Of a DNA stretch of 18,578 bases, positions 7,870 through 14,155 are shown piece after piece. Every line of letters begins with the position of its first letter. Positions within the stretch are counted from its first letter, which is position 1. The position numbers and the translations under genes were made by a program. Source of the stretch: Chlamydiota bacterium (GTDB lineage Bacteria > Auribacterota > JACPWU01). The stretch is from contig JACPWU010000001.1 in assembly GCA_016196885.1 (NCBI GenBank), positions 1 through 18,578 of the forward strand, given 5' to 3'. Below the pieces are notes generated by a model. That model was not told the origin of the DNA, searched no databases, and was given only the letters and a program-made list of their open reading frames with translations.

Positions 7870-8529
7870 TTGATCTTGAAAAAAAATCTTGAGGGCTATT
7901 CTTCCTTTTTTTCTGATCTTCGACCTGAAGAGGTTCATCGTCTGGCCCAAGTCGCTCAAGAAAAAAATTATAGTAAGGGCGAACTTGTTTTTTCCCGTGG
8001 GGAACCCGGAAATGCTGTTTGGATTCTGAAGGAAGGACGAGTTCATCTTCAGAATGTTTCCTACGATGGTAAAGTCATTACTTCTTGTATTATGATTGCT
8101 GGAGACGCCTTTTGTTGTTTGCCTGCCTTGGATGGAAAACCCTATACGTCGGATGCGGTGGTGATAGAACCTTCTCTTGTGTTGCGTATCCCCTCAGATT
8201 TTTTTAGACAGTTGGCCCGGGAAAATCCGCGTTTTTCTAATAAAGTGATGTGCACCTTCTGTGATCGTCTAAGAGACATGGAAGGGAAAGGCTGCCAGGC
8301 TTTTGATCCTGCTGAACTGCGTATGGCCAGACTCCTTCTTACTCTTGGAGAGAAATTCAAGGGAGAGATTCCGCTCACCCGTCAGGAAATGGCCGAAATT
8401 GCAGGTCTCACCGTTGAAACTGCTATTCGAATTTTAAGCCAGATGAAAAAAGAGGGCATCATTCGATCTGGCCGAAAGATGACGAAGGTTGTTAATCTCC
8501 AGAAGCTTAAAGAGAGGGTGGTGGAATAG
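7870..8529 (+). CDS. Crp/Fnr family transcriptional regulator (paralogue 1)
   Basis: ORF 7870..8529, starting at TTG with no convincing SD. It has a cNMP-binding-like beta-roll (ELVFSRGEPGNAVWILKEGRVHL) and a C-terminal HTH LTRQEMAEIAGLTVETAIRILSQMKKEGII. There is no FNR-type N-terminal Cys cluster. Confidence 0.85.
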   Translation: MILKKNLEGYSSFFSDLRPEEVHRLAQVAQEKNYSKGELVFSRGEPGNAVWILKEGRVHLQNVSYDGKVITSCIMIAGDAFCCLPALDGKPYTSDAVVIEPSLVLRIPSDFFRQLARENPRFSNKVMCTFCDRLRDMEGKGCQAFDPAELRMARLLLTLGEKFKGEIPLTRQEMAEIAGLTVETAIRILSQMKKEGIIRSGRKMTKVVNLQKLKERVVE

Positions 8530-8537
8530 AGACAGTG

Positions 8538-8641
8538 GTGAGGGGTGAGTCCGTGAGGGGTGAGTAAAAAAATAATACCTTCAAAACTCACAACAGACGA
8601 CTCACACTGCTTTTACTCACGACTCACCCCTCACGACTCAT
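8538..8641. repeat. inverted arrays of GTGAGNN / NNCTCAC heptamers forming a long imperfect hairpin
   Basis: The left arm GTGAGGG GTGAGTC c GTGAGGG GTGAGTA + A7 TAATA spans 8538-8577. The right arm holds ACTCACN units at 8586-8606 and 8614-8641. GTGAGGGGTGAGTC (8538-8551) is perfectly complementary to GACTCACCCCTCAC (8621-8634). Confidence 0.8.
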
Positions 8642-8652
8642 AACTGTTCTCT

Positions 8653-8666
8653 ATGATTTCAATCAT
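8653..8666. promoter_or_regulatory. Crp/Fnr-type palindrome, box 1 (cTATGAT-TTCA-ATCATAc) upstream of paralogue 2
   Basis: Perfect 6+6 palindrome TATGAT N4 ATCATA centred at 8659.5. TGt-TCCAAT (TG 8686-8687, hexamer 8689-8694) starts 29.5 bp downstream of the centre. An alternative -10, TACAAT, lies at 8666-8671. Confidence 0.5.
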
Positions 8667-8709
8667 ACAATGAAGTCCTAAGATTTGTTCCAATAGATGG
8701 GGAGATAAT

Positions 8710-9387
8710 ATGGAACAATTCTTGAGCCAGATCGGTCCTTTTCAGGTTCTTTCGAGAAAAGAGCTTTTAAACCTTTCAGATCAAACCCACGAGAAGGTTT
8801 TTGAAAAAGGAGAGATTGTTTTTAGAGAGGGGGAAAAATCCTCTTTTGTGTGGCTGGTGAAAACAGGCTGGGTGCATTTAGTTCGTCGCAGTTCTTTGGG
8901 TCATCTGGTCATCCTCTTTACCATGACGCCTCGTGAGATTTTGTGCGGTGTTTCAGCCTTTGACCAAGAACCTTACGCAGCCGATGCTATTGCCGCGACT
9001 CAATGTGTTTTGCTTCAGATTCCAACGCCTCTTTTCGTTAATCTCCTAAATCATCATTCAGATTTTTGTCGTGAAATCCTTTCGATCTGTTCCAAAAGAA
9101 TTCGTTGTATGGCTCAAAAATTGGGAGGTGCGATGGACCCTGTTTCTCACCGAATGGCCAGACTCCTTCTTGCCTCCTTGGAAGATTTTGGAGATGAAAT
9201 TCCCTTTACCCATCGCGAGATGGCTCAAATGGTAGGGTCTAGAATAGAAACCTCTATTCGAACTTTTCGTCCTTTAAGAGAAAGGGGATTGGTAGATGTG
9301 AAGAGGTCTTGCATTAAAATTATTCAGCCTCTGCGGCTTATTTCAGAGCTGAGTCGCTGGTTAAAAATGGATAAAACAGCTCTATGA
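8710..9387 (+). CDS. Crp/Fnr family transcriptional regulator (paralogue 2)
   Basis: ORF 8710..9387 with SD GGGGAG. The beta-roll is EIVFREGEKSSFVWLVKTGWVHL and the HTH is FTHREMAQMVGSRIETSIRTFRPLRERGLV. Confidence 0.85.
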   Translation: MEQFLSQIGPFQVLSRKELLNLSDQTHEKVFEKGEIVFREGEKSSFVWLVKTGWVHLVRRSSLGHLVILFTMTPREILCGVSAFDQEPYAADAIAATQCVLLQIPTPLFVNLLNHHSDFCREILSICSKRIRCMAQKLGGAMDPVSHRMARLLLASLEDFGDEIPFTHREMAQMVGSRIETSIRTFRPLRERGLVDVKRSCIKIIQPLRLISELSRWLKMDKTAL

Positions 9388-9408
9388 GATAGATCATAGA
9401 GCTGTTTT
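9376..9408 (+). terminator. hairpin terminator after Crp/Fnr paralogue 2 (also contains box 2)
   Basis: 12-bp stem ACAGCTCTATGA / TCATAGAGCTGT (9376-9387 / 9394-9405), loop GATAGA, then TTTT. The T-tract is short, so termination may be partial. Confidence 0.55.
9383..9398. promoter_or_regulatory. Crp/Fnr-type palindrome, box 2 (TATGAG-ATAG-ATCATA) upstream of the kinase operon
   Basis: Centre at 9390.5. An extended -10 TGtTATCCT (TG 9417-9418, hexamer 9420-9425) begins exactly 29.5 bp downstream. SD GAGGA (9444-9448) and ATG 9456 follow. Confidence 0.45.
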
Positions 9409-9455
9409 CTGGGTCTTGTTATCCTCTTACTGGGTAGCAGAATGAGGATAGGGTC

Positions 9456-10415
9456 ATGCACATTTGTACGAAGTGGAAACTGGCTTTTTTAGGTTTGGTC
9501 CTAAGCTTTGGAAGCCCACTCGGATGGTTGTTGATACAATGCTATTCACAGGGGATAGATGGTTTTCCGCAATCTCTTCTTGATCAATGGGATGTATCAG
9601 AACCGCTTTACCTTTACCTCACTTTCGGAACGAGTTTTTTCTTCTCTGCCTTTGGTTATTTTGTAGGGCACCTTCTTGAACAAATCATAGAAAAAGATCG
9701 CCTCTTAGAAATTAAAACCCAAGATTATATGAGAATTGTTGGGCTTGTCGCTCATGAACTGAAGACCCCTTTAACTTCTGTCAAGGGTCGTTTGGATCTT
9801 ACTTTGGGAGGACATTATGGGGTTTTGGGGGATGCGTTGAAGAATGCTCTTCTAAAGGCCGTCATTGCATGTGAACAGATTAATCAGATGATTTCTTCTT
9901 ATCTCAATCTTTCGAGAATTGAACGAGGTGAGTTAGATGTTCATTTGAAGAAATTGAATTTATTAAAAGAGGTGATTGAGCCTGTGACTGAAGAGATGAG
10001 AGGAATCCTTGAGAATGATCAGATGACATCTCAGATTCAAAAAAACTTTCGGGGTGATTGTATGATGAGTGGAGATATTCAGTGGCTAAAGGTTATTTTT
10101 AGAAATCTTTTAATGAATGCAGTGAGATATGGGCTTTCACATACGGTGATTGAGATTCGTTTGAGTGAATCTTTTGAAAAGTGGCGGGTAGAGGTTCTTA
10201 ACCAGGGTTGTGGAGTTCCAGAAGAATATCGGGAAAAGATTTTTGGGAGATTTGAGAAGGTCCCTCGCTCAGAAAAAATGGCAGAAGCCGGTTCTGGCCT
10301 GGGTTTGTATATTGTGAAGCAGATTATAGAACAGCATAAAGGGGATATTCATTGCGAAAGCGAAATAGGGAAATGGGCCAATTTTATTGTGAGTTTTCCA
10401 AAGATCGTTTTGTGA
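9456..10415 (+). CDS. membrane sensor histidine kinase (2 TM, no obvious extracytoplasmic domain)
   Basis: ORF 9456..10415. It has two N-terminal hydrophobic helices, H-box VAHELKTPLTSV, N-box NLLMNAVRYG and G-box GSGLGLYIVKQIIEQHKGDI. No response regulator is present anywhere in the window. Confidence 0.85.
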   Translation: MHICTKWKLAFLGLVLSFGSPLGWLLIQCYSQGIDGFPQSLLDQWDVSEPLYLYLTFGTSFFFSAFGYFVGHLLEQIIEKDRLLEIKTQDYMRIVGLVAHELKTPLTSVKGRLDLTLGGHYGVLGDALKNALLKAVIACEQINQMISSYLNLSRIERGELDVHLKKLNLLKEVIEPVTEEMRGILENDQMTSQIQKNFRGDCMMSGDIQWLKVIFRNLLMNAVRYGLSHTVIEIRLSESFEKWRVEVLNQGCGVPEEYREKIFGRFEKVPRSEKMAEAGSGLGLYIVKQIIEQHKGDIHCESEIGKWANFIVSFPKIVL

Positions 10416-10439
10416 GTCAATTTTGGAAAGGATAAATCT

Positions 10440-11417
10440 ATGGGATATCTTTTTGGGCCTGTCTATTCTTCTCGTTTGGGATGGTCTTTGGGGGTGGATG
10501 TGATTCCTCATAAGATTTGCAACTTTGATTGCATTTATTGTGAATGTGGGAAGGGAACGCTTTGGGTCAATCGAAGGGGGCACTTTGTTCAGTTGGGAAG
10601 GTTGATAGAGGAATTTGAGAATTATTTAGAAGAGCAAGGAAAAAATTATTTTAATGTGGTGACGATCACAGGCTCAGGAGAACCCACGTTAGAGATTCAA
10701 CTGGGCAGAGTCATTGACGAGATCAAGAAGAGGCTTTCTAAACCAGTGGCCGTTTTAACCAATGGCTCATGGATGAGAAATGAGGATGTTCAGAAAGATT
10801 TAGCCTTGGCAGATATAGTGCTTCCTTCTTTAGACGCTGTGAGTCCGGAGGTTTTTAAGAAAGTAGATCAGCCTTGTTCCGGAATTGAAGTGGAGTCCAT
10901 TATTTCTGGAATGATTGATTTTCGTCAGAAGTATGCAGAGATTCAATTTTGGTTAGAAATTTTAATGGTCTCGGGCGTTAATGATTCTCCAGAGGAAATT
11001 CACTTGCTTAAGAAAGTGATTGATCGAATTAAGCCGCACCAAGTACATGTGGGGACTGTGACTCGTCCACCCGCGTATCCTGAAGCGAAACCTCTTTCTC
11101 AAGAGCGTTTGAGAGAGATTCAAGCTTTTATAGTCCCTTCGGGACAGCAATTCCTCTGGCCTGTGTCTCTATTTTCTGACGCTCAGGAAAGAAGCTTCCC
11201 AAGGTGTAAACAGGATAGGACAGGGCATGATGTAAATTTTCAAATGGTTCTGGAAACAGTGAAGAGAAGGCCTTGCTCATTGAATCAACTGGTATCCTTG
11301 ACTCATGGAAGTGAAGATGACCTTTTGCAAGAGCTTAATCGTTGGTGTGAAGAAGGAAAATTGATCCGAAAAAAATACGAGGGACAAGAATTTTTTGCAT
11401 GGCCGTTTAAACCCTAA
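10440..11417 (+). CDS. radical SAM protein (small COG0731/Tyw1-like type) with C-terminal winged-helix-like tail
   Basis: ORF 10440..11417 with SD GGAAAGGA. The N-terminus is GPVYSSRLGWSLGVDVIPHKICNFDCIYCECG (CxxxCxxC), followed by a GSGEPTL glycine-rich motif. Confidence 0.8.
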   Translation: MGYLFGPVYSSRLGWSLGVDVIPHKICNFDCIYCECGKGTLWVNRRGHFVQLGRLIEEFENYLEEQGKNYFNVVTITGSGEPTLEIQLGRVIDEIKKRLSKPVAVLTNGSWMRNEDVQKDLALADIVLPSLDAVSPEVFKKVDQPCSGIEVESIISGMIDFRQKYAEIQFWLEILMVSGVNDSPEEIHLLKKVIDRIKPHQVHVGTVTRPPAYPEAKPLSQERLREIQAFIVPSGQQFLWPVSLFSDAQERSFPRCKQDRTGHDVNFQMVLETVKRRPCSLNQLVSLTHGSEDDLLQELNRWCEEGKLIRKKYEGQEFFAWPFKP

Positions 11418-11431
11418 AAAAGGAAATTTTC

Positions 11432-12772
11432 GTGCCCAGTTTTAAAGATAGATTTCATTTGTTTTGTGAAGATCCTTATCGGCTTTTTTTCCCCTTGGCC
11501 ATTGTTATGGGGATGGTTGGGGTAGGTCATTGGCTTTTTTTTGCGCTTGGCTGGACTTCTTCTTACTCCGGTTTTTTTCATTCCTCTATTCAAATGCAAG
11601 CTTACATGGCTTCGTTTGTAGTGGGTTTTTTACTCACGAGTTTGCCACGATTTGCCTCTCTCCCCCATGCAACGGCGGGAGAGCTTTTCACTTTTGCTCT
11701 TCTCATTATTCTGGAATGGTTTTTCGCTAGGCATGGGTGGTGGTCTCTTTCTGAGTCTTGTTTTCTGGGTTTGCTGATGACGCTTGGATTTTTTGCCTTC
11801 CGAAGATTTTCCAAAAGACGTCTGACAAATCTTCCCCCTGTAGAATTTGTTTGGATTCCGATTGCCTTACTTCAGGGTGCGATCGGTGTCATCTGTTTAA
11901 TTTTGGGACGAAGGGGCTGGGGTCCTCTTTTTTTACTGAAGGTGGGAAAGCCGATGTTAGATCAGGGTTTTCTGATGTCTATTGTTCTGGGAGTAGGGGG
12001 ATTTCTTGCGCCTCGTGTGATGGGGAATTTTAGGCCCATGGTGAATGCTCAGGAGATGTTTTTAGGGCAAGGGAAAAAGATGCGGCATCGAAATATTCGC
12101 CTACATTTGTTTCTTGGTTTTTGCATGTTCTCGAGTTTTTGGTTTGAGGCCATTTCTTTATCCAGGGTGGCGTATCTATCAAGAGCGGTGATTGTAACTT
12201 CTTCATTCTTTTTGAGCCGCTCTTGGAAATTTCCTAAAGCAAAAGACTTTTTTCTTTGGCTTTTATGGATTTCCATTTGGATGGTGATTTTAGGAAGCTG
12301 GGCCATTCCTCTTTTTTATCGCTACCGCGTGGAAATGCTTCATATTGTCTTTATAGGGGGATTTAGTCTGATGACCTTTTCAGTTGGGACGATGGTGGTT
12401 TTGGGACATGCAGGTGAATCCCAAAGGTTAAAAAAGCCTTTGCCCGTTTTATGGGGTGTGGCGATTGCTTTAGCGATGGCTCTTGTTCTGAGAGTGGTAG
12501 CGCCTTTCTATCCAAAGTTTTATTTTCAAATTTTAGGACTTGCCTCTTTCTGTTGGATTTCTGCCGCGCTCTCTTGGTTCGGTTTTATCTTGCTGCGTGT
12601 TTTCCGTTTTGTCTCTGTGCATACGTTTGAAAAATTTCATGAAGAGGCTAAGCAAGAATCGCTTGAGCACACAGAGAAATCATCTTTTCATACTGTAAAG
12701 TATGCCTCGCATGGCGCGGAGCGTCTTCCTCGCATCCAATCCTCCTTAGGCGGCCTAGCTCAAGAAATCTGA
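11432..12772 (+). CDS. nnrS: NnrS family polytopic membrane protein
   Basis: ORF 11432..12772, GTG start 6 nt after SD AAGGA. It has about 12 hydrophobic helices. The N-terminal FRLFFPLAIV...GHWLFF and H..IQ..AYMASFVVGFLLTSLPRF segments resemble the NnrS HxxxxFGF..GFLLTA.PNW region as I recall it. The hydrophilic C-terminal extension is about 60 aa. Confidence 0.65.
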   Translation: MPSFKDRFHLFCEDPYRLFFPLAIVMGMVGVGHWLFFALGWTSSYSGFFHSSIQMQAYMASFVVGFLLTSLPRFASLPHATAGELFTFALLIILEWFFARHGWWSLSESCFLGLLMTLGFFAFRRFSKRRLTNLPPVEFVWIPIALLQGAIGVICLILGRRGWGPLFLLKVGKPMLDQGFLMSIVLGVGGFLAPRVMGNFRPMVNAQEMFLGQGKKMRHRNIRLHLFLGFCMFSSFWFEAISLSRVAYLSRAVIVTSSFFLSRSWKFPKAKDFFLWLLWISIWMVILGSWAIPLFYRYRVEMLHIVFIGGFSLMTFSVGTMVVLGHAGESQRLKKPLPVLWGVAIALAMALVLRVVAPFYPKFYFQILGLASFCWISAALSWFGFILLRVFRFVSVHTFEKFHEEAKQESLEHTEKSSFHTVKYASHGAERLPRIQSSLGGLAQEI

Positions 12773-12821
12773 TGAGAAACAGACATGACTGTCCGTCAGA
12801 AAGGGGGATGAAAATCACCCT

Positions 12822-12870
12822 TTGTAGTCGCCCCATTTATGGGGCTGCCCGATGAATCGGGCGACTACAA
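12822..12870. repeat. REPIN-like inverted doublet (copy B, 1-nt spacer), core of composite repeat 12803-12925
   Basis: TTGTAGTCGCCCCATTTATGGGGC t GCCCGATGAATCGGGCGACTACAA. It is flanked by GGGGGATGAAAATCACCC upstream and a ~55-nt tail that is about 80% identical by eye to the flanks of copy C. Confidence 0.85.
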
Positions 12871-13042
12871 GTCATCATAACTTATTGTATAAGAAAGAGT
12901 AAAGACTGTTTTCAGATAAAATACGGGCTAGCAAAAATCAAAACCTGATCTAAATCATGTTTTTATTCTAAAGGATCTGTCACCGTCACAATGGGGTTGT
13001 GTGAATTTGAAAGGCTTTCGGTCCAAAAGGGGGGAGGCGTGT

Positions 13043-14155
13043 GTGCTTGACTCGTCTTACTTTTCTACCCTTTTTGAATGGATCTCGGATGGGGTTGCCA
13101 TCTCAGATTTGGCGGGGGATGTTCTTTATTTGAATCCTGCGGCTGAAAAAATAACGGCGTTTTCTCGGGAGGCATTAAAGGGTAAAAAATTATGTGAGGC
13201 GCTGTGCGGGCATCTGTATGGTTCGGATCCAAGAGATTTTGCTTTGTTCTGTCCCTTGCGCAAGGGGCAATCGTCTGAATGTAGCATTTGCTTTAAAGGA
13301 GTTTATCAACCTAATAAAGATTTAAAGGCTCGACATCTTCGAATTCATTGTTTTAGGCCGCCTGTATCAGAAGGGGGCGTGGAAGAGGAAGGTAGACATT
13401 TGACCTTGATGGAAGATATCTCCTCAGAAACAGAGCTTGAGGAACATAAAAAGGATTGGCAGAATATGGTGGCGCATGATCTGCGCAGTCCCCTGAGTAC
13501 TATTTTGGGGGCCCTTCAGTTGTTTCCAACCCTGCATTCCTTTTCTTCGGACGAGAAATATTGGATAAATGTAAGTTTGAATGCTGGAAAAAGAATGATC
13601 AAGCTTTTGAACCTTTACCTGGATATTTCAAAACTTGATGCGGGTTTAATGTTGGTTCACTTTGAATCATTTCCTTTATCCCCATTAATTCAAAATTATG
13701 TTGATGAAATCATGCCTTTGGTGCGCTCCCGTCAAATGACTGTGCTTGTGAATATTTCATCTCAGTTGGAGGTGTATGCCGATCGCGATCTTTTGTTGCG
13801 CGTGGTTCAAAACCTGATAGACAATGCGATTAAATATACATCTGAGGGCGGATGTGTTATTGCCTCCGCAGAACATCTCACTCATCATAGAGGAGTCCGA
13901 CTCTCCGTGAAGGATACGGGTTCGGGTATTTCACCTCAAGATCTTCCTCATGTTTTTGACCGTTTTTATCAGGCTCGCGTGCGTCAAGAAGGGGGCACTC
14001 AGGGAACGGGGCTGGGACTGACCTTTTGCAAAGAGGCATTGAAGGCGATGGGGGGAACCATTGAGGTTTTTTCCAAACAAGGAGAGGGGACGGAATTCTT
14101 GGTTGAGCTTATGACAAAAATCGAAACCCCACTTCCTTTTTTCACAGTTGGATAG
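13043..14155 (+). CDS. PAS-domain sensor histidine kinase with Cys-rich PAS insertion
   Basis: ORF 13001..14155. I prefer the in-frame GTG at 13043 because it follows a strong SD (GGGGGGAGG, 13029-13037). The PAS-like N-terminus is [28 protein letters not shown], the H-box is [12 protein letters not shown], the N-box is [10 protein letters not shown] and the G-box is [20 protein letters not shown]. Confidence 0.85.
   Translation: MLDSSYFSTLFEWISDGVAISDLAGDVLYLNPAAEKITAFSREALKGKKLCEALCGHLYGSDPRDFALFCPLRKGQSSECSICFKGVYQPNKDLKARHLRIHCFRPPVSEGGVEEEGRHLTLMEDISSETELEEHKKDWQNMVAHDLRSPLSTILGALQLFPTLHSFSSDEKYWINVSLNAGKRMIKLLNLYLDISKLDAGLMLVHFESFPLSPLIQNYVDEIMPLVRSRQMTVLVNISSQLEVYADRDLLLRVVQNLIDNAIKYTSEGGCVIASAEHLTHHRGVRLSVKDTGSGISPQDLPHVFDRFYQARVRQEGGTQGTGLGLTFCKEALKAMGGTIEVFSKQGEGTEFLVELMTKIETPLPFFTVG

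Noticed and set aside
7879-7886. A8 tract in codons 4-6 of Crp/Fnr paralogue 1 as a phase-variation switch.
   Set aside because: A6-A8 runs are common throughout this window in both coding and non-coding DNA, so the tract reflects composition. It has no repeat-length evidence and no alternative frame that gives a sensible product.
12945-12958. CTGAT-CTAA-ATCAT upstream of the PAS kinase as a fourth member of the regulon.
   Set aside because: The core is intact but the outer arms differ (CCTGAT / ATCATG). The nearest -10-like hexamers (TATTCT 12964-12969, CACAAT 12987-12992) are 12.5 or 35.5 bp from the centre, not ~29.5. I kept it only as a weak candidate mentioned under the kinase finding.
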